Shown one piece after another: positions 20,720-29,521 of a stretch of 64,000 bases of DNA. The stretch lies in the NCBI GenBank assembly GCA_016783545.1, contig JADHWJ010000003.1:1490-65489 (forward strand). The letters are read 5' to 3'. This stretch comes from Candidatus Aenigmatarchaeota archaeon (GTDB lineage Archaea > Aenigmatarchaeota > Aenigmatarchaeia > QMZP01). How positions within the stretch are numbered: position 1 is the first letter of the stretch; every line of letters starts with the position of its first letter. The notes under the pieces are model-generated. The model searched no databases and had not been told where the DNA came from. It saw only the letters and a program-made list of their open reading frames with translations. Position numbers and translations under genes: made by a program.

Positions 20720-21028
20720 GTGGATCTTCTGATCCAGATAAGGCCTTTTCTGGGTACGGTTCTCTGTGGTGCCGGTTTGTTCCTAGCACTCTGGAGATAT
20801 CCCAGAAATGAGGGGCTGGTCAGGTTGGGGATTCTCACAGCCTTTGTGGGGCTCTCATATAACCTCAACCTGGACTGGGACGGAAAGTTCCTGTGTCCTG
20901 CCGTTTTCATGGCAGCAGGAGTGGTCATATCTCTCCTGGAAAGGCCATTGGACCGGGTTTTCTGTCTGATGGGTGGATTCATGGCCTTCTTGGGCCTGCT
21001 TTCCGCTCTTCTCTACCAGCCGTTTTAG
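20720..21028 (+). CDS. Hypothetical 4-TM membrane protein (cassette cargo)
   Basis: GTG start after GGGGGGTGA SD; hydrophobic helices. Confidence 0.7.
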   Translation: MDLLIQIRPFLGTVLCGAGLFLALWRYPRNEGLVRLGILTAFVGLSYNLNLDWDGKFLCPAVFMAAGVVISLLERPLDRVFCLMGGFMAFLGLLSALLYQPF

Positions 21029-21251
21029 TGTAGAGACAGCCCTCGCCAACCCATGGCGAACCGAAGGGTAGCAAGGTTGAAATTCCTGCTGCCGAATAAT
21101 AATGGGTAAAATGGTCCCGTGTGAACGCCTTCATGTGGCGGGGCTGTTGTATACTAAGTTCTGTGAATAATCACCTGGGATCACAATTGTCTTTCATTGT
21201 GAAAGGCTGATCTTGGGTGGATATAGCCTCTAGATCCTGAAGGGGAACGCT

Positions 21252-21725
21252 ATGAGGCAGCTGGCAGCCGTTGCGTGCTTGTTGGTGGTGTCGGTGGCCT
21301 TCGGCCAGGATTTCAGCAAGATGACCCCTAAGCAGATCATTGCTTGGGGCGAGCGCAGGAACGCCGAGATGGAGAAGGAGTTGGCCGAGGCCAAAAAGGT
21401 CCTCAAGGTCATGGACACGCTCCGGAAGGTCAACGGCAAACTCAAGGGCACTGGGATGGTCCTGGAGACGTTTGCCCAGGCCGAAGCCCGCAGGCAGGCG
21501 TTCCTGAAGAGCTTCTCGAAGCCGTTGAGGGACAGCGCCAAGATCTGTCGGGAGGGCGCCGAGGAGCTCAGGAAGAACCGCGCCAACCTGAAGGTCGATC
21601 CGAACGACCCGGCCGAGGTCAAGGCCCTGAAGTTAATGTCCAAGGATATCCCCACCTGTTTCGACAACGCTGGGAATTCCCAGGACAAGGCGGCCGATGC
21701 CATCGAGGGCAAGACCTCGAAGTAG
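21252..21725 (+). CDS. Hypothetical secreted helical protein (cassette cargo)
   Basis: AAGGGG SD, signal peptide ..SVAFG, very high third-position GC. Confidence 0.8.
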   Translation: MRQLAAVACLLVVSVAFGQDFSKMTPKQIIAWGERRNAEMEKELAEAKKVLKVMDTLRKVNGKLKGTGMVLETFAQAEARRQAFLKSFSKPLRDSAKICREGAEELRKNRANLKVDPNDPAEVKALKLMSKDIPTCFDNAGNSQDKAADAIEGKTSK

Positions 21726-21894
21726 CCACCAATAGCCAGCCAATGGCTTAATTCGCGGGTTTGGGAGTACCTGCAGAAATTGGTAAAACTCCTTGGTCCT
21801 AGAAAGCAGCCACCTCACAGTGGTTGGGACCTGGCAACGTTCAATGGGAACGGCTGAGAGCTGCAAGGAACCCGGAGAATGAGGGGGACTTGAG

Positions 21895-22050
21895 ATGGAT
21901 GCTTATTTGTGGAATATGGTCAGGAGCTGTGGTGTGGACGCAACGCTGGAAAACCGACGCAACCTCCTCGAGGTTGCCGCTCGGAACTTCAATTTCGGGG
22001 CGCTTTTCCGACTCACGAGGGACATCGAACTCTTGAAGTCGATGTTGTAG
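21895..22050 (+). CDS. Small hypothetical protein, 51 aa (MDAYLWNMVRSCG...KSML), not in ORF track
   Basis: GAGGGGG SD; followed by the same hairpin as the other two cassette genes. Confidence 0.6.
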   Translation: MDAYLWNMVRSCGVDATLENRRNLLEVAARNFNFGALFRLTRDIELLKSML

Positions 22051-22196
22051 TGAAGGAACATTTCGCCAGCCCATGGCGAATAGTTTGGTCAACAAGAGAA
22101 AGGGGGTGGTTAAACCAACTACCTGAAATAACAAATAGGCTGGCCACTTGCCTCATTAATAAAAGTGGTGTCGTTTTATACTGTCATCTTAGAGGG

Positions 22197-22712
22197 CTAT
22201 ACATCAAAATATGTCGGGTCGCTTTTTCTTTCTGCTTTTGGTATTTTTTCATCTAGATGAGCATCATATCTGTCAACTCTTACCTGGTTTGTTCCTGAAT
22301 GACAGCTTAAAGTAATAATCTCTGGTACAAGACCAAACATTCTTCGTATATCCTTTGCTATCTTAATGCTATGTTTCTTTGATTTTCTGACAGCTCTATC
22401 CATATTACCAGCTGTTGTCTTCACTTCAACATTATAGATACCACTATTCACAATAAATACATCAGATATTCTTCTTTTTGCATTCCATTCAACATCAACA
22501 TAAGGAGCAAAGTCTCCAAAGTCCATTCCAAACTCTTCAGGATTCCTGGCAAACGAAAGAAGAACATAATCATGCCACGTCCTTTCAAGATCTATTGCAT
22601 TGCTATTCAGATGAGCATATCTTTGTATGCTGCTGAATCTTGGATTTCTATATTCACTTAGTTCAGGACATTGTAGCCAATCTTCTTCCACCAAGTAAGG
22701 CAGATAGCTCAT
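22197..22712 (-). CDS. Hypothetical protein, PD-(D/E)xK nuclease-like
   Basis: RISDVFIV...YNVEVKT resembles the D..ExK signature. Confidence 0.5.
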   Translation of the reverse strand: MSYLPYLVEEDWLQCPELSEYRNPRFSSIQRYAHLNSNAIDLERTWHDYVLLSFARNPEEFGMDFGDFAPYVDVEWNAKRRISDVFIVNSGIYNVEVKTTAGNMDRAVRKSKKHSIKIAKDIRRMFGLVPEIITLSCHSGTNQVRVDRYDAHLDEKIPKAERKSDPTYFDV

Positions 22713-22828
22713 AAAAATAACCTAAAATTCGATATTAGAGCAAATGCTAAGAAAACTAGAAAATAATACCCGGTATAAACATTTGTAAATTGCTCATGGA
22801 GAAATATTGTATGAAAAGACTTAAATAA

Positions 22829-24094
22829 CTATCCTTTGCACGCATTGTATATGTTCTCAAACAGTTCTCTCAGTTTGTCCTTTGGAACAGAAGAAAAAGC
22901 TATTCTCAAAAGGTTTCCAATGGCTATCACACCAGTATCATAGTCCTTTAGCAGCTTCTTTCTTACCTCTTCGCCGTCTTTGTTTAGTTCTATGCACATG
23001 AAATATCCTGAATTGAAAGGAAGTGCCTCAAAATATTCTTTGTATTTTTCATCTGAAAGTATTTTTTTGACTTCTTCGTATCGTTCCCTTAGAATTTTAA
23101 AGTTCTTTTCCTCATCTTCTTTTAGTTTTGGATTATCTAAAGCCTTTATTGCAAGGAATTGGGAATGTGTGCATACATTGGAAATACCTCCTCTAATTGA
23201 ACCAGATGTTTTGTCTTCTAAAACTTCTGCAACTTTGTCTTTGATTCCCTTGAAAGCGTATGTTATGAAACCTACTCTAAGGCCCCATGAATACATCTCC
23301 TTTGTAATGCCATCAAGCTTTATTGCAAGTATATTTTTATGAAGGTCTGCTAGTTCTGAAAATAAAGATTTTCTGAATATGTTATTTTCAAAAAACAGTC
23401 CAAAATAAGCATCATCGCATATCACAACCAGTTTGTTTCCAGCTTCTGCGCTCTCTTTTATAGCATTTATAATTCCATCAGCATCTTCTTCTGTTGCACT
23501 GTAACCTGTTGGGTTATTGGGAAAATTTAGAAGCACTATCTGTTTGCCTGGATTTTGTTTTAGTTTTTGCTTCAGACCCTCTACATTGAACTTCCCCTCA
23601 GAGAACGTAGGAAACATATCCAGTTCTGCATGCTGAAATGTTAACTTGTAATTGCCCCAGATCTTGTCAGGTGTTATTATTTTCTCTCCATTGTTTACAA
23701 AAAGACTTGATACAATACTTAGACCATGTGTTATCGCATTAGTAACAACAGGGAGACTTGTCTTCTCCTTAACTGAATTTCTTTCCTTTATTCTTTTCAG
23801 CCACCTTTCTGCTAGTGCCATCTGGCCATAGCTAGGTGAATAAAGTACTGTTTCGCTCGGAGAAAGCTTTGAATTTTCTGTTATTACACTCATTGAAAGC
23901 GGCTCACCAGAATCATCTAAAGCAACACCTATTGTGGCGTTTATTTTCTTTCCTTTTGCCTGTGCAGCCTGAGCTAGTATTCCCTTCTTAGGAAAAAAGC
24001 ACATTCTACCCCTTTCAGAAAGCATCTCAAATATTTGCGGTGCTTCTTTTTTTAATATATCATTTATCTCACATACTTGGTCATTAACTTTCAT
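22829..24094 (-). CDS. PLP-dependent aminotransferase class I/II
   Basis: NFPNNPTG, DDAY, DGITKE..WGLRVG. Confidence 0.92.
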   Translation of the reverse strand: MKVNDQVCEINDILKKEAPQIFEMLSERGRMCFFPKKGILAQAAQAKGKKINATIGVALDDSGEPLSMSVITENSKLSPSETVLYSPSYGQMALAERWLKRIKERNSVKEKTSLPVVTNAITHGLSIVSSLFVNNGEKIITPDKIWGNYKLTFQHAELDMFPTFSEGKFNVEGLKQKLKQNPGKQIVLLNFPNNPTGYSATEEDADGIINAIKESAEAGNKLVVICDDAYFGLFFENNIFRKSLFSELADLHKNILAIKLDGITKEMYSWGLRVGFITYAFKGIKDKVAEVLEDKTSGSIRGGISNVCTHSQFLAIKALDNPKLKEDEEKNFKILRERYEEVKKILSDEKYKEYFEALPFNSGYFMCIELNKDGEEVRKKLLKDYDTGVIAIGNLLRIAFSSVPKDKLRELFENIYNACKG

Positions 24095-25889
24095 AAGTTT
24101 CCAGCCTTTTCCTTTCCTCTTCCATCTCTTTTACAAACTCTTCTGGAAGGTCTTTTTCCTTTTCAAAAACCTCTTTCATTCTTTCAGCCTTTTCCAGTAG
24201 TTTTTTCACTCTTATTGTGAACTGTTTCTTGTAGTCATCTTCTGTATATTCTTTATTAAGAGCTTCTTTAAAGAGTTTTCTCAGGTCTTCATACTTTGGG
24301 ATAAAACCTATTGGTGTTTCAATAGCTTCATAATCACCATGCACTCTTCCTTCCATCCAGAGAAGCCAGACTTTTTTATCAAGTATGGCATTAAGGTACT
24401 TGTCATTTTCTTTTAGGAAGTAGTTTGTATGGAATATCTTTGGTAGATTTTTTAGTTTTTTTCCTAGTTCCAGATGATTTTTCAGATAAAGACCTACTGG
24501 AACAACTAAAAAGTCCAGGTTCGCCATTGGGTTATGCTTCCTTATTCCAGCCTGACCAATTGCTGCTGCAGTTGTTTCTGATTCAACTGTTGCACCAACA
24601 TACACTCCATGTGACCAGGAAAGAGACTCTAAAACAGGAACTGAGGTATCAGAATCTCTTCCGCCATAGATGAATCCTCCTATAGGCACGCCGTCTGGGT
24701 TATCAGCATCTGGATCAGCATTATCAAGTTCTTTTATTCTTATTGTATATCTGGCATTTTTGTTAGCTGGACTAACAGACTCTCCGTCAGGACCTTTCAT
24801 TTCCTCTTTATAATCACCTGCATAATTATAACCCTCTTTTGGGAGGTCTTGTCCCATTCCTAGCCAATGAGGCTTTCCGTCAACAACAAGAACATTTGAA
24901 ACAATTAATTCCCTGAGCGTTGTGACTGCTTTGTATATTACAGGATCATCTTCTGGGTTAACATCCTGAATTATGCCAAAGATTCCCTGTTCTACGTTTA
25001 CAGCATGTACATAACCATCATTCCAAACTCTAAGATATGCTATATCATCACCGATTATTGTTTGGCCAGGAACCATGGCAGTTGATGTCTTTCCGCAAGC
25101 ACTTGGAAACGCTCCTGTAAAATAGGTTACTCGGTTCTTACCTTCTGGGTGTACACCCATAACAAACATATGTTCGCAGAGCCAGTCTTCATGGTTTGCT
25201 TTGTATAATGCTAGTCTTATAGCAAGCTTTTTCAGCCCAACACTATTACCAGCATATTGGTTGTTTACAGTGAAAACTCTTGAACCTTCAAGGTCAATGT
25301 AAATTCTTCTTTTATCAATGTTTTTTGTATTGTTTCTTTCATCCAGTTCTCCAGCAGAGTGCAAAAAATAAAAGAATTTATCAGAACCGTTTAGTTTTTT
25401 AAATTCTTCATAGCCTGGTCTGAAAAGAATTGTTTCAGAATGAGCAACATAAAAAGAATCAGTTATCTGCAGAGATGGAATTGCAAACTTTGAATTGCAT
25501 GGACCAAGACAGAAAAAACACACGAGCATCTCCTTTCCTTTCATTGAACCATCTAAAAAACTAAGAACCTCTTTTAATCCTTGTTCTTTTTCTGTGGTAT
25601 TGATGAAATCACTCATATATTTGCCTTTTGGAAGAAGCACCTTTGTATTCTCCTTATCTCTTGCCTGATCATAATAACTGTCAAAATGAACTGTATGGCC
25701 TTTCATTGTCAATGGTTTTTCTTCGCCATTTTCTTTGGATATTTTTCTGATATAGTCAATATCTTCCTGAGAATCAGTTAATATTGTTACTTTTTCTGGT
25801 TTGCAAAGTTCTATTGCTTCTTCTACTTTTTTGATAATATGCTCGTTGCCAAGATCTTCGAGTATTTTTCTATTTTTTTCGTCTAACAT
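24084..25889 (-). CDS. pckG: Phosphoenolpyruvate carboxykinase (GTP)
   Basis: YAGNSVGLKK, EHM, AFPSACGKT, GDDIA, YGGRD. Confidence 0.95.
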   Translation of the reverse strand: MLDEKNRKILEDLGNEHIIKKVEEAIELCKPEKVTILTDSQEDIDYIRKISKENGEEKPLTMKGHTVHFDSYYDQARDKENTKVLLPKGKYMSDFINTTEKEQGLKEVLSFLDGSMKGKEMLVCFFCLGPCNSKFAIPSLQITDSFYVAHSETILFRPGYEEFKKLNGSDKFFYFLHSAGELDERNNTKNIDKRRIYIDLEGSRVFTVNNQYAGNSVGLKKLAIRLALYKANHEDWLCEHMFVMGVHPEGKNRVTYFTGAFPSACGKTSTAMVPGQTIIGDDIAYLRVWNDGYVHAVNVEQGIFGIIQDVNPEDDPVIYKAVTTLRELIVSNVLVVDGKPHWLGMGQDLPKEGYNYAGDYKEEMKGPDGESVSPANKNARYTIRIKELDNADPDADNPDGVPIGGFIYGGRDSDTSVPVLESLSWSHGVYVGATVESETTAAAIGQAGIRKHNPMANLDFLVVPVGLYLKNHLELGKKLKNLPKIFHTNYFLKENDKYLNAILDKKVWLLWMEGRVHGDYEAIETPIGFIPKYEDLRKLFKEALNKEYTEDDYKKQFTIRVKKLLEKAERMKEVFEKEKDLPEEFVKEMEEERKRLETYES

Positions 25890-26136
25890 AAAGACCAATA
25901 GAAGATGTGGGTTTAATGGTTTTTATTGTTTTTTATATAAAGTTCGAATATCGTAGTATTTTTATTGTTTTATTAATAAAATATTAACAAGAGATTAAAA
26001 TAGCCATTTTTACTATAAAAAGAGAATTGGCTTTCTACACGGTTTTTTTCACATAGAGCACACGAGGCTTTTTCTAGATAGGAGATTCTTCAGACACTTT
26101 CAACACTAGTCTTTGGAGGGTCTTTGGGAGATATAA

Positions 26137-26352
26137 ATGAAAGAACAACACAAAATCAGAGCTCGGAACATTGGCGAGGTGTGGGTTTGGTTCATGAGAA
26201 CCCGGGGCGCACTCGGTGGAGTTGCGCTCAGGGAAGTTAGGTTCAAGGTTCTCGACGTCAAAGGTGGCAACGTTGACTGTCTCTTTGACAACGGAGAAAG
26301 GGGCACAGTTCGCATCCACAAGCTTATGGAACCCGAAGTTGTCACATTTTAG
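26137..26352 (+). CDS. Hypothetical protein (small beta-rich)
   Basis: GGGAG SD; first gene after the conserved leader. Confidence 0.65.
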   Translation: MKEQHKIRARNIGEVWVWFMRTRGALGGVALREVRFKVLDVKGGNVDCLFDNGERGTVRIHKLMEPEVVTF

Positions 26353-26362
26353 GAGGATTCTG

Positions 26363-26575
26363 ATGGACCATTGGGAACGAGAAGAAATGAAACGACGTGG
26401 AGAGCTCGACGAAACTATCGCATTCGTTGATCAGAGAACTGGAGCTCCGGTTACATGGGAAGAGATCCGGCGACGACACAGCCAGTGCAAACGGGTAACT
26501 CGTGTCGGAAGCTGGTCGTCTGCTGGTTCGGCTGCATCGGACAGTGGCGGACTTCATATGGGGAGGGGAGGCTGA
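26363..26575 (+). CDS. Hypothetical protein (MDHWEREE...)
   Basis: AGGAGG SD before ATG 26363. Confidence 0.6.
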   Translation: MDHWEREEMKRRGELDETIAFVDQRTGAPVTWEEIRRRHSQCKRVTRVGSWSSAGSAASDSGGLHMGRGG

Positions 26576-26578
26576 ACG

Positions 26579-26938
26579 ATGAGAACCTTCGAAATCTGGA
26601 GGAATCTCCCAGGGAGATCTCCACCACAACTTCAGCTCAGATGCCCATGTCTTGTGGGTATTGAGTGGAGTTCAAAAGGTATGAGAATGACACTTGATGG
26701 TGTTGCCGCTGAGGTCACCGATAAGGGTGGGCACTTTGTATTGAGAGCTCACCTATCCCCTATCACTGGGCAAACTGTACGGTTCTACGGCCAGAAGGAC
26801 CAGGGTTCTGAATCTCCGAAGATACTTGTCGGGCTTATCAGGATCACTGACATTATCCCAACCAACGATGGCCGGCAACATATCCATTTCACATTTCTAG
26901 CAGGACCAGCTGTTGTTAACCTCGAAGTTCCTCGATGA
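26579..26938 (+). CDS. Hypothetical protein
   Basis: GGGGAGG SD; tight spacing after previous stop. Confidence 0.6.
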   Translation: MRTFEIWRNLPGRSPPQLQLRCPCLVGIEWSSKGMRMTLDGVAAEVTDKGGHFVLRAHLSPITGQTVRFYGQKDQGSESPKILVGLIRITDIIPTNDGRQHIHFTFLAGPAVVNLEVPR

Positions 26939-26949
26939 GGGGGAGGCTG

Positions 26950-27087
26950 ATGTTCTCAGAACGCATAATCAGGATACTGGAAGACCCGAAGAGGAATATC
27001 ATCACATGGTTTCTGTCCTGGGCCATCATCGCAATAAGCCGGCTGGCACGGCTTATCGAACGGAATGAGGAGATGATACAAGAATGA
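26950..27087 (+). CDS. Small hypothetical protein, 45 aa (MFSERIIRILED...), not in ORF track
   Basis: GGGGAGG SD; one hydrophobic helix. Confidence 0.55.
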   Translation: MFSERIIRILEDPKRNIITWFLSWAIIAISRLARLIERNEEMIQE

Positions 27088-27116
27088 TAACACTAACGAT
27101 GAATGGGGAGGTCTGG

Positions 27117-27218
27117 GTGGAAGAGGATCACCCGATCGTCAACATCGTCTCAAAGGGTATATTCGCATATATCGCTGTCTGTATCTTTTTGGGGAAACTC
27201 GCAAATGGGGGAGACTGA
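27117..27218 (+). CDS. Small membrane peptide, 33 aa (MEEDHPIVNI...), not in ORF track
   Basis: GGGGAGG SD before GTG; one TM helix. Confidence 0.45.
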   Translation: MEEDHPIVNIVSKGIFAYIAVCIFLGKLANGGD

Positions 27219-27387
27219 CACACCAATACGAGTCAACGAGAGTGGGGGGAAGCTGAAAACATTCAACTTCCAGTCACCTGGATCATAAAGAACTTCCACC
27301 CCTCTCTCAATATATTGTCAGTTTAGAGGGATATTGTGTATCATTTTCACACATTAACCTTTTAATACTTTTTTATCAAAATTTTAT

Positions 27388-28953
27388 ATGCGAGTATTAT
27401 TGGTTGATCTGGGAACTCCAAGAAATGAGATAAGCGAACCGCTTGGAATTGAAACATTGACTCCATATGTTGAGGCTGCAGTTCCTGGAACAAGAGTAGA
27501 TTTTAGATCTTTAGAACTTGATAATTATTCAGATGTCGATGAATATTTAAGATCTGGGGATTATGATGTAATCGGATTATCAACAAAAATAAGATCTTAT
27601 GATAAATTTAGTAGTTCTGTAGAAACAATTAAAAAAGCATCACCACAAACCGTTGTTGTTGTTGGAGATATTCTTGGAACATACGCATTTGAAGATGTCC
27701 TAGACACATACGAAGATGTTATCTGCGTAAGAGGAGAAGGAGAGATACCTTTCACTAAATTAGTCAATAGTGTTGCAGTGGGGCAGCTCTCCTTATCTGG
27801 TATACCTAACCTAGCATACAAATCAAATGGTAAATTGGTAACAACAGATAGAGTTACTATGGACTTAAGAAAAGCTAGGCATCCTAATAGGGTCTTAGCA
27901 CCTGAAATTCTAAGGCAAAACGGTTGTGCTAGAGTAGAAGGAAGTAAAGGTTGTGCTTATTCTCTATGTAGTTACTGTGGTACTGTTGAAAAATATAATG
28001 GACCGGGATGGAGACCATTTGACATAGATTTTGTTACTGATGAATTAACTACTATATCTGATTTGGGGTTCAAATCCCCATGGTTTACTGATGAAGATTT
28101 TTTTGGTGACGATATCCAGAGAGTTTATGATTTTGCAGATGCTGTCATTGATCTAAAAAAACAGGGTATGATAAGGCCTGACTTAGATTTTTATATAAAT
28201 GCACGAGCGGATTCTATTCTTGGTGTCGATTTCGGTGGTACAGATGAATCAAGAAAAGTTTTGTTAAGACTCAAAGAAGCAGGACTTAGGGAGGTTTTTT
28301 TAGGATTAGAATCTGGTTGTAAGCGTCAGTTAAAAAGATATAGAAAAGCATGGGTAGGAAACAAAAGCCTTCAAGCACTGAATCATTTAAGGGGACTAGG
28401 AATAGGTATTGATATTGGATTTATATTTTTTGATAAGGATGCAACTATTCAAGATTTGAGAGATAACACAAATTTTGTTTATGATGCCGCTATAAATACA
28501 CATGATGCAAGACTTATAAAAAGGGTGAGAATAGAACCTAGGACACCAATGGGTGATGACTTTAAAATAGATAATCCGCACCCTGTTATTGATATGGATC
28601 TAGTTGAATTTGAATATGAATTCACTATTCCAGAGGTGGGGGAAGCTTTCATGGTATTTCAGGACTGGGAAAAGGGAGACCTAGATGTTATATATAATCT
28701 TCAAGCACTTTGTAGAGGTGAAGTACCAGAAGACTATACCAGAGAAGAGGTTAAAGTAATAATATCAAGATATAGACATCTAGATTGGAAATACTTTAAC
28801 GAAGTGTTGAGTATATTTGAAACTGGTGAAAAAGATAGAGAGGTTAAAATAGGAGAAATAACACAACGATTCGAAAGAGAGAGAGATAATTTAGATAATA
28901 CATCAATAGATAGAGTGAAATGGCTTGACAGTACATTTAGAAGAAATCTTTAA
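27388..28953 (+). CDS. B12-binding radical SAM protein
   Basis: N-terminal cobalamin-binding domain (EPLGI, RGEGE); CAYSLCSYC cluster motif; FLGLESG. Confidence 0.9.
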   Translation: MRVLLVDLGTPRNEISEPLGIETLTPYVEAAVPGTRVDFRSLELDNYSDVDEYLRSGDYDVIGLSTKIRSYDKFSSSVETIKKASPQTVVVVGDILGTYAFEDVLDTYEDVICVRGEGEIPFTKLVNSVAVGQLSLSGIPNLAYKSNGKLVTTDRVTMDLRKARHPNRVLAPEILRQNGCARVEGSKGCAYSLCSYCGTVEKYNGPGWRPFDIDFVTDELTTISDLGFKSPWFTDEDFFGDDIQRVYDFADAVIDLKKQGMIRPDLDFYINARADSILGVDFGGTDESRKVLLRLKEAGLREVFLGLESGCKRQLKRYRKAWVGNKSLQALNHLRGLGIGIDIGFIFFDKDATIQDLRDNTNFVYDAAINTHDARLIKRVRIEPRTPMGDDFKIDNPHPVIDMDLVEFEYEFTIPEVGEAFMVFQDWEKGDLDVIYNLQALCRGEVPEDYTREEVKVIISRYRHLDWKYFNEVLSIFETGEKDREVKIGEITQRFERERDNLDNTSIDRVKWLDSTFRRNL

Positions 28954-28984
28954 TTATTTAATAACAATAATCAATGGTGATTTT

Positions 28985-29521
28985 TTGAAAGAGGTCGAAC
29001 TTTGCTTCAGGATTGACTCGGAGAAAGAGAAAAAAATACAAGATAAACTAAAAGAATTTTTTGTTAAAAAGGTTACGGAAACTGATACATATTTCTTTCC
29101 TCCACATAAAGACTTCTTTGCAAATAAAAACGGAAAAGAAAATCTCAGAATAAGAGATTCTAATGGTAAGGTAAAGCTAACATACAAAAACGTTGTTTAT
29201 AATAACTGGGAATATTCACATTCTATAGAAAAAACCGTTACAGTGAATGACTCCAAGGAATTAATTGAAATTCTAAAATCTCTTGGGTTTAAAATACATA
29301 TAACTATTGTAAAGGAAAGAGAGATATTTGAAAATGACAAATTCAAAATTACAATTGATAAAATAGAAGATCTAGGATTTTTTGCTGAAATTGAATGGAA
29401 TTGTGAAGAAAATGAAAATGCACTTGAAGAATGTAAGAAAATGGCAAAAGAGTTAGAGCTTGAAGAGATCGAAGATAAAGGCTATTTAAGATTGTTGGAA
29501 GAAAAAATGGATTTAAAATAA
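28985..29521 (+). CDS. CYTH domain protein (class IV adenylate cyclase-like)
   Basis: EVEL, ETDTYF, LRIR, LTYK, KEREIF, LGFFAEIE; TTG start after GGTGA. Confidence 0.85.
   Translation: MKEVELCFRIDSEKEKKIQDKLKEFFVKKVTETDTYFFPPHKDFFANKNGKENLRIRDSNGKVKLTYKNVVYNNWEYSHSIEKTVTVNDSKELIEILKSLGFKIHITIVKEREIFENDKFKITIDKIEDLGFFAEIEWNCEENENALEECKKMAKELELEEIEDKGYLRLLEEKMDLK

Larger units (their letters stand above)
20357..22196 (+). mobile_element. Putative cassette 2, bracketed by direct motif copies (20357-20376 and 22177-22196)
   Basis: GC-rich ORFans with strong SDs; terminal hairpin 22143-22169 then TATACTGTCATCTTAGAGGG. Confidence 0.6.
26040..27330 (+). mobile_element. Putative cassette 3 (five short ORFans)
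   Basis: GC-rich, conserved leader 26083-26130, hairpin 27238-27306, then TATATTGTCAGTTTAGAGGG (27311-27330). Confidence 0.6.

Noticed and set aside
20509-20811. 100-aa ORF
   Set aside because: No SD, overlaps the better-supported 20720 gene and runs through structured leader sequence
21824-22256. ORFs 21824-22036 and 21909-22256
   Set aside because: The third frame (21895-22050) has the SD and the downstream hairpin; 21909-22256 crosses the cassette boundary
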